From Porphyridium purpureum (lineage: Eukaryota): a stretch of 64,000 bases of DNA. The stretch covers positions 372,001 to 436,000 of the forward strand of contig VRMN01000004.1 of assembly GCA_008690995.1 (NCBI GenBank), written 5' to 3'. The translations under genes were made by a program, and so were the position numbers. Positions 20,177 through 32,500 of the stretch are shown here, piece by piece (positions within the stretch are counted from its first letter, which is position 1; each line of letters starts with the position of its first letter). The notes under the pieces are model-generated. The model did no database searches. It worked only from the letters and a program-made list of their open reading frames with translations, and was not told the origin of the DNA.

Positions 20177-21001
20177 CTTGACTTGTACAACCACACGACT
20201 CTCGCTCTATTCGTGCCTCCCTCCGCTTGGTCTCTCAACCCATCCTTCCTCACTTTCATCCCTCTCCCCACCTCCACCTCTACTCCAACCGCCCGTTCCT
20301 CCAAAACGCGCAGGTATCGAATCCAGTCCGCTGTACACCCACACCACACTTTCCCTTTTTCACCTCGATTTACTACCCCCACCACAACTGTACCTCAGAG
20401 CATCCAGCAAGATGACCGCCGGATGAACCGAGCCGATAAGGAATCGGTCAGGAGCCAGCCCCGTGCGTTCAGCGCCGCGAGTACGTTACAAGAACGCGGG
20501 ACGAGGAACGCCAGAAGTGTCGCGCGTATGCACGATCGCTAGAAGACAGGACGACAGGAAGCCTGCATGAGATGTGTTTGTGGCCATCAAAGGTAGCCAA
20601 GTGTTTAGTGGCTATGCCGATGATTCCAAGGAGCGGACCTCTTTCAGTAAATTTGACTTGATCCACCACGTTCAAACGCAACAGAACCTCCTCAGAACTT
20701 CTACTGTACCTCTGTGGCCACCCAAAAAAAAACCCAAGCGCCTTGTGTGCGTTCCACGTCGAAACGCCTGCGCGGTTCTTTTTAGATTTTTCGTGGCGCA
20801 GGCGGCAGGTGTTTTGTCTACTTGGAAACAGCGGCGTTGCTAATTGGATGCGAAGGACGTCTTTGGAGTGCGGGAGGTTGAAGGGGAAGGGAAGAAGAGA
20901 GAACGAGAGAAGAAGGGAAAGACAAAGTGAAGGACTGGAGTGAAAGCGTTGGATAGAGAGAGAGAGTGGGTGTGTGCGTGCGTGCGTGTGCGTGGGGAAA
21001 T

Positions 21002-22120
21002 ATGGATGAGCGGTTGATTGCACAGACGTGCTTTCCGTCCCGGTATGTGCAGGGACCGGCGGCATTGGGAATGATTCCGCGCATCGCGAAAGGGTTTGGC
21101 GGTCGCGCGTTGATGATCACAGATCCGTTTGTCGCAGATAAGGTGCTCCCTACCGTGCAGGATAAGCTGCAGGGCGCAGATTTGGTGATCGAGAAGTTTG
21201 GCGGTGAGTGCACCGATGATGAAATCGATCGGCTCGTGGCCATTGGCAAGGAGCGCCAGTGCGAGTCTGTGATCGGCTTTGGCGGCGGGAAGACGCTGGA
21301 TACCGCAAAGGCCGTGTCTGCGTACATGCAGGTCCAGATCATCATTGTGCCCACACTCGCGTCCACAGACGCGCCCTGCTCGGCGCGCGCCGTCATCTAC
21401 AAGCCCACGGGCGAGGTCGTGCGGTACCTTGACCTGCCAAAGAATCCGGACGTCGTTTTGCTGGACACAGAGCTCATCGTCAAGGCGCCCGTCCGCTTCC
21501 TTATCTCTGGCATTGGCGACGCGCTCAGCACGTGGTTCGAGGCAGAAAGCTGCATGACCAAGGGCGCCGCCAACAGCACGTGCGGCGCCGGCCACTTGCA
21601 TCCAGGAACCATGACCGCCTACGCGCTCGCCAAGCTTTGCTACGAAACCCTTTGCGAGTACGGTACGCTTGCCGTCATGAGCGCCAAAGCAGGTGCTTGC
21701 ACCCCGGCGTTCGAGAAGGTGGTCGAGGCAAACACGTTGCTTAGCGGCCTAGGCTTTGAGAGCGGCGGGCTCGGCGCCGCACACGCCATCCACAATGGCT
21801 TGTCGGAGCTCGAGGAATGTCACAAGTACATGCACGGCGAAAAGGTCGCTTTTGGCGTACTGGCCGGACTGTTCTTCGCGGATAAGTCACAGGAAGTCAT
21901 TGACAAAGTGTACAAGCTGTGTGAAGACGTCGGTTTGCCCACCACGCTCGCCGACCTTGGTGTCAAGGAAGTCACGGAAGAGAAGCTGAAAATCGTCGCC
22001 GAGCGCACATGTGTGCCAGAGGAGACCATTCACAACGAGCTTCGTCCAGGCCTGCCGTCTCAGGTGATCCAGGCCATCAAAGCCGCTGACGCCGAGGGCC
22101 GACGCCGCAAGGGCATGTAG
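21002..22120 (+). CDS. gldA: Glycerol dehydrogenase (bacterial GldA type)
   Basis: PSRYVQG, GGGKTLDTAKA, PTLASTDAPCS, GDALSTWFEA, SGLGFESGGLGAAHAIHNG, HGEKVAFG. Confidence 0.93.
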   Translation: MDERLIAQTCFPSRYVQGPAALGMIPRIAKGFGGRALMITDPFVADKVLPTVQDKLQGADLVIEKFGGECTDDEIDRLVAIGKERQCESVIGFGGGKTLDTAKAVSAYMQVQIIIVPTLASTDAPCSARAVIYKPTGEVVRYLDLPKNPDVVLLDTELIVKAPVRFLISGIGDALSTWFEAESCMTKGAANSTCGAGHLHPGTMTAYALAKLCYETLCEYGTLAVMSAKAGACTPAFEKVVEANTLLSGLGFESGGLGAAHAIHNGLSELEECHKYMHGEKVAFGVLAGLFFADKSQEVIDKVYKLCEDVGLPTTLADLGVKEVTEEKLKIVAERTCVPEETIHNELRPGLPSQVIQAIKAADAEGRRRKGM

Positions 22121-22475
22121 AGTATAGATCTCGATGTAGCATTCGCCCGCCCGTTCTTGTTACACATCTCCAAAGGTCGTTTTTCTCTTAGACTAGTCAC
22201 CCAAGGTAAACGATCGTGGTTGCCGACGTTCACGTGAACGTTGATGTTTTCATTTTTCCTTTTTCTTACGAGGTTCGGCACGCAACAGCTACCAGACGCT
22301 TCCTTTGGACACGGTGTGGAGACGTGCCATTTTGGACGAGCTAAATCCGCCTCGGCCGGCCTTCTCGGAAACGCACTTGCTTCATGCAGTCGCCTTACCT
22401 CACGTCTCAGATGATATACACGACATCGCGAGGCACTGAGAGCGAAAGAGAACGTAGGGACTTTGCTTTCCAGAT

Positions 22476-23729
22476 TTACTTGTAGAAATGGAAGTCGCCA
22501 CTATCCTTCTTGATATTCTTTTTGTACGCCGCCTCAAAGTCGGCAGGCAGCACCTTGTACCTCGAGCGACGGACAGCAAGCATGCCCGCCTCCTGGCAGA
22601 TCGCGGTAATCTCAGCCCCGCTGAGCTTCTCTGGCCTGCTCACATAATCTTCCAGATCTACGTCCTCGCTCAAGTTCATTTTCGCTGTGACCACTTGGAA
22701 AATCAGGCGCTTCTGTCTCCTATCAGGCAGCGGGAATTCAATTTTGCGGTCGAGTCGACCCGGTCGAAGCAGCGCCGGGTCCAGCGTGTCGATACGGTTG
22801 GTGCACATGATCACCTTGACGTTGGTGTGCTGGTCGAATCCGTCCATCTGATTCAGCAGCTCCATGAGAATGCGCTGCACCTCGCGATCTGCGCCAGTCT
22901 GTGCATCAAAGCGCTTTGTGGCGATCGCGTCGATTTCATCGATGAAAATAATTGCCGGTTCGTTCTCGCGGGCGAGGCGAAACACGTCGCGCACCATGCG
23001 CGGCCCTTCGCCGAGGTATTTTTGCACAAATTCAGAGCCCACCACTCGGATGAAGCTGGCGGTGGTCTGCGCCGCGACCGCTTTCGCAAGCATCGTTTTC
23101 CCTGTTCCGGGAGGGCCATACAACAACACGCCGCGCGGAGGATCGATTCCGATTTGCTTGTACAAGTCCGCGTGCGTCAGAGGCAACTCCACAGCCTCGC
23201 GAATCTCCTGCTTCTGAATATCGCAGCCTCCGATATCGGCAAAAGTCACGTCTGGCTTCTCGCCGGCTCCTACCATGGAAATGGTGGAGTCGGCCTCGGG
23301 CGGCAAAATGTCCACCAGAGCGTTCGAGTGCCGGTGCAGCGCAACGGAGGAGGAAGGCCTCAAGAGCTCACGATTCAGCGTGGACAAGATACGAACGTGG
23401 TAGTTGGACCCCGTCGTTGATCCCACGATCCCTGTGTTGGCGTCCACCATTTCGAGAAACTGGCCGATAACCAACGGCACCGACTGGATCCGCTTGACCT
23501 CCTCCTGAGCGTGCAAAAGCTCATTCTTCAAGTTTTTCATCTCGTCCTTGATGTAACCCTCCTGGATCTCAAGAAACTCTAGCTGCCGCTGCAACGCCTT
23601 GAGCCGAACGTACAGATCCTCCGACCCGGCCGCACTGGGGGTTGGCACGTGCTGCACAGCCGCCGCCGTATCCATTTTCTTGGCGTCGTCCCCGTGCACG
23701 TTCAGTGCAGGCGCCGTGTCGACCTCCAT
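22476..23729 (-). CDS. PSMC4: 26S proteasome AAA-ATPase Rpt3
   Basis: [34 protein letters not shown]-terminal FHFYK (HbYX). Confidence 0.96.
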   Translation of the reverse strand: MEVDTAPALNVHGDDAKKMDTAAAVQHVPTPSAAGSEDLYVRLKALQRQLEFLEIQEGYIKDEMKNLKNELLHAQEEVKRIQSVPLVIGQFLEMVDANTGIVGSTTGSNYHVRILSTLNRELLRPSSSVALHRHSNALVDILPPEADSTISMVGAGEKPDVTFADIGGCDIQKQEIREAVELPLTHADLYKQIGIDPPRGVLLYGPPGTGKTMLAKAVAAQTTASFIRVVGSEFVQKYLGEGPRMVRDVFRLARENEPAIIFIDEIDAIATKRFDAQTGADREVQRILMELLNQMDGFDQHTNVKVIMCTNRIDTLDPALLRPGRLDRKIEFPLPDRRQKRLIFQVVTAKMNLSEDVDLEDYVSRPEKLSGAEITAICQEAGMLAVRRSRYKVLPADFEAAYKKNIKKDSGDFHFYK

Positions 23730-25340
23730 CGCCCCTCCGTCGCCGGGTGCCTCCACACTTCACACGGGTCAGGAACACACGTGGAGAACCGAACGCACAC
23801 GCGCGATTCTTTCTTTTCCACGAATTTTCAGGGGACCCGGCGTTCTCCACCGGAAGGGTGACGCTTCTCTTTCCCGCGCTCCTTACCTACGGGACACGTT
23901 TGCGTTATGCGCCGCAAGCACTCGTTCTAGCCGCAATTCACGTGAGCGTCCGCGCCTGTCGCCGCCGTCTTCCTTTCCTCCCTCACAACGCCGATCTTCT
24001 GCGACTTGGCAAACGCTGGCAGGCAATGAATGTTTAAAAAACTATTAAAAAAGCTAGAGGAAGAGAAATGCGGCATTGCATTTCAATGCCTTGTGTGTTG
24101 GGCGAAAGGGATGAGACGATGGTATTCGATAGTCGAGCCGAATGCATTCCACTGTGACGCGATTGAGAATAATCTGCGGCGGCTTTTCTGTGTTCGACTC
24201 AGTGCGCGTACACCACGTATGCACAACACTCAACATGCGGCAGCCAGCGCGCTGCTGCGGCCCTGCGTGGCACCGAAGTCTCCAACTCTCTCTAATAACG
24301 ACTCTGCGAGCATGACAAAGCCAGCCGTTTTCGCCTCGGCCCGCGTGCCTCAATGCGGGCGCCTGCTGCATATAGGACAAAGACAGAGTCGTATCCTTCA
24401 ACCAGTCTGACACCACACACTCTCCATCTGCCTGTGTGGCGCGTCGACTTCCCAAAAGCTGCGGTCTTCTGGCCAGTCATAGACATGGCCGTTCATCATC
24501 CACAGGACTAGTTCGTCAAGTCCTAGCCTGGCTTGTACCACGTCCATCTTTTTGTTTCTCACAAGGTCAGACCACTCTATCCTGCATCCTGCGCGTGGTG
24601 CTGCAGACACCATCCCAACGATGCTTCCCCCGGTAGCCCAGCATCCCTTCCGCTTTCACCACCACGAGGCACAGGACCTCTTGTACGGGCAGTACCTCAA
24701 TGTCCAGTGCCCCGAGCCCGACCTGCTTCCACGACACCCAACAAAGGCCGCCACGTAGCACGTTCGCGCAACAGGTGAATGCGGCGTGCGAATCTCTTGC
24801 GACACTGCGAACGTGCGTGCCGCCCACCGCTTGGCGACAACAACAACAACACCCACCGCAGCGGCGTACCTGCGTGCCCGCGAGCTTTCCGCCTGGCCAT
24901 TGCGGAGTTTAGCGCACGCGCCACAAGTCGCCTTCTCAATTCGCGTCGTTTCCTGGTACCTAACGAACGGGTGCCGCCACGCTCAAGTGCCGTGGTTCGT
25001 GAGTTGGTCGCACCATCGACCGCTGTGCCTTGTGTAAAGTGAGTGGAAAGCGTCGACAAAGTAGCCAAGGTGTTCGTTGACTTGGTCTCTGTGATTGTGT
25101 GTGTCTGTTGGGAGTTTACAAGAGGTTGGGACGCTGCTTGCGCGCCGGAAGGGAATCGCGCTTTGCATGGTTGTGCGCGGGGGTATGCGTGCGTTGGAAG
25201 GGTTGCTGCGTGGGGGGAACGGACAGACAAGTCGCTTTTGCGCGGGCGCCTGGTGGCGGTTCGGAGCAGCAACGGGGTAGCGTGCGGGGATACGGCTGTT
25301 TGGAGTCTGGAATCGGCGGACGTTGTGTTTGGCGCGAGGC

Positions 25341-26642
25341 ATGTCGGAAAGGCGTACGTGCGTGGTGTGCCTGAGCTCGCGCCGCAGGTTCCGCTTTTTG
25401 AAGTTGCTGCCGTGCGAGCATAGCAATGTGTGCTACGACTGCATCACCAAGCTGCATACGCCATGCTGCCCGTCGTGCCGCACGGAAGTGCGGCTCATCG
25501 TGCTGAACAATGGCATAGAGCGACCCATAGAGGCCATTGAATATGAAATGCGCGCGCGTGACGAGCAGGCTCACGCCGCGACTTTGCAGGTCGTGCTCGT
25601 AGGCGAACAAGGCAGCGGTGCGCGGTCCGTGCTCGACCTCTTGGTCAAAGAGTTGTATTGTCTGGATCGAAATGACCCGCAGGTCGCACAGTCGCATGGA
25701 TTCAGCTTGTCGGAACGGATCCTCGGGCAAGACAACGCGCGGGCCCGCGCCGCGCACGCTCGGCCACCCCAAGGAAGTGGTATCGAGCATCCGCTGCACA
25801 GCGCAGAGCTCGTCAATGCAACGGGGTCTGCTGGCCGGTGGCGCTGGAAGGATGCATCTCAACGCCGGAAGCACGACGCGGGAGCGGGGCTGCACGAGCT
25901 GGAGAAGGCCAAAATTCGTGCTCGCGTCCCGACCAGCAGCAACGCGGCTGCTGTCGACCAAGCTTGCAGAGAGCCTGCGTTCGAGGACCTGCGCGTCAGC
26001 GAGCTTCAGGGGGGTGGAGACATGACAACCGACAGTGAAATGGTGGTGTGGGGTGCCCACAGCCGTTTCTCGCCAAATATGAGTGCGCACGGCGTGCCCA
26101 TTCGCCTCACACTGGTGAACACTGTCCGCGAGCCTTCACACGCCGACGTGCGAGGAGTCATGGAAGACCTGGTGAGTCTCAAGCCGGACGTCATCGTGAT
26201 GTGTGCATCTTTCCACGACCGCACGTCGTTTTCAGGCATGGTGTCTTGGGATCGTCTGATTCGCACCAAGCACGCAGACATCCCGCGGCTGTGGAATCTA
26301 ATCCAGCGGCCAGGCTTTGATGCGCTGAACGCCGGCGGCGTCGATATACGCATGGATGTGCCAAGCGCCATACAAGACATTCCTGATCAGCCTTTGCGCC
26401 CCAAAGGTGGGTTTTTCATCACGGCTCCACATGCTCACGTCTTCAAGCTCGACTTGCGGAAAATGGTCGAGGCCATGCTGTGCCACGGAAGCAAACGACC
26501 AGGCTTCATTAATGGTGTGTACAAGCCGCGCACGTTGACCGATCGATTGCGCGGTTTCATGAATACTGTTATCGAGCGCTCGACGGAGGATCCTGTTACG
26601 ATGGATGCCGCCGAGCGCATGAGGACTGGTACCGGACCGTAA
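25341..26642 (+). CDS. RING-HC protein fused to a degenerate small-GTPase-like domain
   Basis: CVVC..LLPCEHSNVCYDC..CPSCR; LQVVLVGEQGSGARS; DVIVMCASFHDRTSF..W. Confidence 0.7.
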   Translation: MSERRTCVVCLSSRRRFRFLKLLPCEHSNVCYDCITKLHTPCCPSCRTEVRLIVLNNGIERPIEAIEYEMRARDEQAHAATLQVVLVGEQGSGARSVLDLLVKELYCLDRNDPQVAQSHGFSLSERILGQDNARARAAHARPPQGSGIEHPLHSAELVNATGSAGRWRWKDASQRRKHDAGAGLHELEKAKIRARVPTSSNAAAVDQACREPAFEDLRVSELQGGGDMTTDSEMVVWGAHSRFSPNMSAHGVPIRLTLVNTVREPSHADVRGVMEDLVSLKPDVIVMCASFHDRTSFSGMVSWDRLIRTKHADIPRLWNLIQRPGFDALNAGGVDIRMDVPSAIQDIPDQPLRPKGGFFITAPHAHVFKLDLRKMVEAMLCHGSKRPGFINGVYKPRTLTDRLRGFMNTVIERSTEDPVTMDAAERMRTGTGP

Positions 26643-26962
26643 GAGCGTTGAGTACGTGGTGAGAGCACTTGGGGTCTGCCCCTGGCAGAAGTGGACGTCG
26701 AGCGCGGGGGAAGGCGTAAATGTATGTAAGATATAATGTGAGATGTTGTCATGTTTCGATGCGAATACGAAGGTGAACCGGTATGGAGGTGAATGATCCT
26801 CGAAGTAAAAGAAATCCGGTGGATTCCAAGATGAGTTGCGAAGAACGGCATTCCGACGAGATCGCTTTTCCCCTTGTTTACTATTCTCAGCACCGAATCC
26901 TACGCTCAAGTGCCGCTCCGCCAGAAAACATGCCGGTCGCCCGGCTGATCACCCGCGCACGC

Positions 26963-27385
26963 TCAGTAGTTTCCCTTGCGCAGGTTGTAGCCGACCGTGC
27001 CAAAGATGAGGGTGGCGAAGAGACCCACGTGCCACATTCCCATGAGCAGCCAGAACGGATCCGCGAGCTGCGGGCCCTGTGGCCAGCGCGAGAGGTTGTC
27101 TGAGATGGACGCCACGAACGCCGGCGTGAGGCCCTTTCCGTCCAGGAGCGGGATGTTTGACGGCACGGACGAGGGCACGACCCATCCAATCAGCGCGAGC
27201 CCAATCACGAGCGGGTTTGCGTCGAACGAGCTGCCCTCGGAGATCTCGTACCCGTCCTGCATCTTGAGCACCGCCCGCTGGCTGCGAGGCGCGTGCACAC
27301 TGCGCTGGTGCGCTCCCACCACACGCCGCGCGCTGACGCGCGACGCCGTCAACGATCCAGCTGCTGCGTTCACGAAAGCCGCCAT
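26963..27385 (-). CDS. psaO: Photosystem I subunit O with plastid transit peptide
   Basis: MAAFV transit peptide; GWVVPSS..IP..GLT..F..I...L..WPQGP..DPFWLL..WHVGLF. Confidence 0.92.
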   Translation of the reverse strand: MAAFVNAAAGSLTASRVSARRVVGAHQRSVHAPRSQRAVLKMQDGYEISEGSSFDANPLVIGLALIGWVVPSSVPSNIPLLDGKGLTPAFVASISDNLSRWPQGPQLADPFWLLMGMWHVGLFATLIFGTVGYNLRKGNY

Positions 27386-27789
27386 CCTACTCCTTTGCAA
27401 CTCTGACCCTCGTCTCCTCCACACTCACTCACCGATACTCCCACTCTCCCTCAATCTTCCCCTCTGCTTACCTCACGTCAAACTTGGAGCTAAAGTATCG
27501 AAGTCCTCCTTCCCACTCGCCTCGCTCAAGAATCCCCAAAACATGCCCCGAACGTGATCCCTATAAAATCCAACCCGTTTTGTTACAAAACAACTCAAGC
27601 TCCTGCCAAGCCCGCGCCAGTTTGCTACTTATCTCCGCGCTCGACCTCGCACGAGATGTGCACTGTACCTTTGTCGCCCCCACAACCCCAAAACGCCAAA
27701 ACGCACAACCAGTCGCACCCCAGTTCTCTCCACTGTACCCCCCCTCTTTCTCCTTCGTTTCGAGTTGTCCAAACGGGTTCGAACGTCAG

Positions 27790-28586
27790 CGTGGAATTTT
27801 AGGGTTCCGCCCCGAGAGACGCCGTAGGGTTTTGAGTACAAAACCCTAGAAAGTTCTATGATGAAAGATTGTTCGAGAAGCGTGATGATCTCGGACCTGC
27901 GAAATGTTTGTCATTGTCGTTTTGTGTGGCCTTGTGCAAAGGTCAAAGGCCGGCCGAAGCTTCTGGATTCGTTCTTGACGCGCCCTCCCGGCCATTTTCC
28001 GGATACGTGGCCGGCTGTGGTTGCGAGTTGTGGAACGAATCAAAACCTGTGGTGGAAATTCGTCCTGTTGGAGAAATTTGTTCTCCCGTCCTTGCTGGAA
28101 AGAGCAAGGACGAAGGGTATAAAAGGACGAAGGGGCAAGCTGGTTCCCAGGAATTTCCAGGTCAAGGTAGAAGAAGAGGTAAGGGCAAATAGAATAAAAA
28201 GAGAATTGGTTAGTTGGATTGAGGCAGTCGTTGGAAGACTTGGGTTGGATTTGCGGGAGAGGCACGCTAGCGTGTTGTGCGAGCGGATATCGGTCTGGAG
28301 TGTTTTTAAAAAGGCAGCTGGGGTTTAAACGTACCTTCCATCACCCTTCACTTGTCAAGACCGGTCCACTCCCTCTCGTAGTCCCCTATAAGTTGAATTT
28401 TCTGTCCTCTCTTCCTTTCTAGCCACTTTTCTCTGATTGTCCTGCTTGTCCTTCCGTTCGTTTCGGTGTGTCGGTTCGTCGTCGGTTTGTCAGTTTCCGG
28501 GGTGTGGCGGTTTCCAGTTCCTGTTATCGGTGAAGCGGTCCGGTTTTGTTGATTCGGTTACAAAGCAGAAAGGGAGAAATTCCAAG
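27790..28586 (+). repeat. 5' LTR of copy 2
   Basis: No difference from 32754-33550 seen by eye. Confidence 0.96.
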
Positions 28587-28615
28587 TGGTATCATCGCCC
28601 GGTTGTTTGGAGAAA

Positions 28616-29563
28616 ATGGAAAGCCATGAAATGGAAATGAATGTCCCGCAGGAGAATGCGGCATGGATTGAGGCAGCTAATCAGCTGCATGCGCGCATTG
28701 CGGGACAGGAGATGATGATGGCACAAGTGCAGGAAGCGAATCGTAACCTCCATGAAATGATGCATGTTTTGTTGCGCCAGCAGACCGTGGCGTCTGGGTC
28801 TGGTGACAACGATCGTGCCATGGCCGCGTTAATTGGGCGCAGTTTGAGAAAGTTTGATGGTCAGCGTGACAAGCTCGTTGTCAATGAATGGCTGATGCGA
28901 ATGAAGAGCGACCTGGATATCTGCATGCCCGCAGATGCTTTGGACTCGCAGAAAGTGATTGTTGCAAGTCGCTTTTTCGAGAGGGACGCAGCGCTGCTTT
29001 GGGCAGCTCGTCCGGAGGAGCAGAGAAAGGGCCTTGCAGAGGCCGGATGGGATGCGTTCGCAAACTTCGTGCGCACAGCGTTTGAGCCGCCGCAGGCGCA
29101 TTTGACAGCGCGCACCAATCTGTATCAGTTGAAGCAAGGGAAAATGACGGTCGCAGAATTTGAGCAGAATCTCAGGATGACAGCGTTATCAGTTGAAGAT
29201 GTGACAGATGCAGAACTGAACACCATCTTCACGCTGGGCTTGAAGGAGAAACTGCGTATTGAGGTGGCCCGTCAGGACACAAGGACCTTGGAAGAATCAC
29301 TGAAAGTTGCGTTGGCAGCTGAGCAGGTTGCAAAGTTCGGAGGAGATATGAGTCAAGTGATCAAGAACTCGTCATCGACTCATAGCAGGGCGTTCTCGTC
29401 GCATTCTGGTAGCGCACCAATGGATTTGGGAGCCATGGACAAGCGGAAGTCTGGCAAGACCAAAGTGAAGTGTTACCATTGTGGAGAACGTGGACACATT
29501 AAGCCCAAATGCCCTAAATTGAAGGAGCGCTTGGCAGGTGGTCCGCCAGAGCCGGAAAACTAA
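28616..29563 (+). CDS. gag: Retrotransposon Gag (copy 2)
   Basis: Protein identical to copy 1. Confidence 0.92.
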   Translation: MESHEMEMNVPQENAAWIEAANQLHARIAGQEMMMAQVQEANRNLHEMMHVLLRQQTVASGSGDNDRAMAALIGRSLRKFDGQRDKLVVNEWLMRMKSDLDICMPADALDSQKVIVASRFFERDAALLWAARPEEQRKGLAEAGWDAFANFVRTAFEPPQAHLTARTNLYQLKQGKMTVAEFEQNLRMTALSVEDVTDAELNTIFTLGLKEKLRIEVARQDTRTLEESLKVALAAEQVAKFGGDMSQVIKNSSSTHSRAFSSHSGSAPMDLGAMDKRKSGKTKVKCYHCGERGHIKPKCPKLKERLAGGPPEPEN

Positions 29564-32500
29564 GACCTCGAGAGCCAAGACAGGAGGAGATCTCGAGGGG
29601 AATGGAGCCTCCTGTAATGGGTGTTGTGGAAGGTGTTGCGCACGAGGGTGCGAGGTCAAGGCTCTTCTACAAACATGGGAAAGTGAGTGGTTCAAAAATC
29701 GACTTCTTGATTGACAGTGGAGCGTCGCATAATTTCCTGGGGTCCCGATTCTTGGACGCAAGCGTAAAGTCCAGTTGCGATGAATGCATGGTCGAGCTTG
29801 CGGGAGGACAGAGAATGAAGGTGCACGGCCCCATTGTGCTTGCGGTGGACCTCGGTTTCTGGATAGGGAACGTCGAGTTTTATATCGGTCCCATTCGTAT
29901 GGATGCCATCTTAGGGTGGAAATGGCTCAAGATGGTGAATCCTAAGATTGATTGGCAGAAGGGACTGATGGAAACGAGGCCCGAGGGGAAGGAAATATGC
30001 ACGTTGGAAAATGTTGAAGAAGTGGTTCCCGAGCTTGACGGGAAAAATCAGAGCGTGGCTGCTTCGGAACACGAGTTGACTCACATGCCTATGCAAAGAG
30101 ACTGTGAGACGTGTGTCGTGGCGAAGATAAAGCGACGCCCGGCCCGAAGGCTGGAGAAAGATGTCAGTGCATTGTCATTCAATGATGAAGTCGGAATTGA
30201 CTTGGTGGAGCCTGGGCGAAATGTGAAGTCGGTAGATGGTTCAAAGTTTATTTTGACGCATATCGACAGAGCCACAGGATGGGTGACATTGGCGGGGCTA
30301 CGTGCGAAAACCCACACGGCGGTTGCGGACGCTTGGAAAAGTGTGCAAGCCGGGAGAGGATGGCCGAAGGTTTTGCGAACGGATGATGGGAATGAGTTCA
30401 AGGGAGATGTGGGGAGACTGGTGCGTGAACACCTCATAAAGCACGAGGTGGGGATTCCGTACAGGCCAAACAGTCATGCTGAACAGGAGCGGTTTCACCA
30501 CACGCTGAATCAGGGAATCCGTGCGAATCTTGTGCAGGCCGGACTCGGGAAGCGTTGGTTCATGCACGCCGCGCAGCATTTTGCGTTCATGACGAATAGA
30601 CTTCACGTGGGCAGGAAGTCTGGAAAGACGCCGTTTGAATTACGACATGGTGAAAAATGGTCGCCGAGAAATCTTAGTTTGCCATTCGGGTGCAAGGTGG
30701 TCTACAAAGATGATCAGCCTGACAATAAGTATGCACCGCGAGGAAAAGTTGGCATTCTCGTCGGCGTTGGAGAGCATCCGATGGCAATTTTGGTGCTTCC
30801 TCGGGATGACTGGACGAGTGAGACCCCAAAAGTAATTCGCACTCAGGATTTTAAGGCATTTACCCATGAGTTCCCTTTAAAGGGAATTGAACGAGAGATG
30901 GTGAGCCTGAGCCAGCAGGAAGAGTTGCCAGAAGTGGACGAACCATCCGCGGTTGAAGCGGTGCAGGACTTGGATCGTCGTATCGATGCTCTCAGAGCTA
31001 GAGAAGCGGAGCTTGAGAAAGAGATCGAGGCATTGAAAGTGAGAGTGGTTGACGAAGAACGGGCAGCAGGCACGGGTGGTCCAGTGACGATCCCACAGTT
31101 GAACTTAACGACTTTGCTGAAAACTGGAGCGGCGTTGGCGTCTGAGCAAGGACGAGCCGCGATGGAAAAAGAAGTCAAATCCATGCTGAAATTTGGGGTA
31201 TGGGATGAGAGTCCCTTGACGCTGGAGGAGGCCCGGAGGCAACCTGGTGCTCGTTTCGTACGCACACATTTCATTTTCGGTCTGAAATTTGCTGAGATGC
31301 CGGAAGAATTTCGCAAGGTGAAGTGCCGCTTGGTGGCCGGGGGAAACAGGATATGGGGGTCCGATGGAGCTGCGACGAATGACATTTTTGATTATGAGAC
31401 GCCTGCTGGTTTGTCAGCTATCCGAATGATAATAGCTGTGGCTGCAATTCTGGGCCTTCAGATTGTTAGTTTCGACATCAGCTCGGCATACCTCCATGCG
31501 GACCTGTCTGGGCCACCTACGTTTGCATACTTACCGCGTGAAATTTGTGATTCAAAAGACACAGTAGTCAGGCTGAGAAAGGCGCTGTATGGCTTGCCCA
31601 GGAGCGGCTCGGGTTTCTCACAAGATGCTCGGAGGAGATTGCAAAAGTTCCAGTGGAAGCTCGTGCATGGTGAAAAGAATGTGTACGTCCGGAGAAATGC
31701 TGCAAGTTCGTCAGTTGCGTTGTTGGCTCTGTACGTGGATGATGGTCTATTAGCCTGTCGAGAGGAGGAACGCCCAGGAATCATCGAAGAATTGAAACAA
31801 GAGTTTCTCATAGAAAAAGCACCAGAACTATTGACGGAAGGAGGATCCTTGAGATTCCTGGGGACGAGCATTTCCCTCAAAAATGGGAGCGTGAGTTTGG
31901 CGAATCAAGAGTATCAAGATGTGGTCATTCGGGAATTTGAGCAGGATATTAGACGCGTATTGCGTGCCGTGAAGTCACCATCTGAGAAGCTAGATGGCGA
32001 GGAAGTTCTGAATTATCAAGTCATCTGGAAGACTTTGAAAGTAAGAGAACACGTCGGGAGGCTGATGTGGCTCGCCAGAACGGTTCGACCTGATATTGCG
32101 TATGCAGTCGGTATGATTGCCCGGTACGTTGACAAGTGGAATGTGGCAGCAGAAAGGCTGCTCGTACGAGTCGTGCAGTATTTGAAAACACCTCGGGAAG
32201 CATTGGAGTATCACGTGTTGGGGAATCTCAAGGAAGGCATCAGAATGGTGAACATTCTTGGATACACGGATGCTGACTTTGCTGGTTGTCCAGAGAGTCG
32301 TGTGTCGACTTCTGGAAGAGCAACGTACTTAGTTGCTGGAGATTACAAGTACCTAGTGGATTGGTCTTCAAGAAAGCAGCGTTTCGTGAGCTCGTCGACT
32401 TCAGAGTCGGAGCTGGCCGCCCTAGAGGAAACTGTGCAACTCTCGTTGTTTCCTGCATTGTCTTTCTTGCGAAGTATACGTGACGGAGAGTTCTCGGTGA

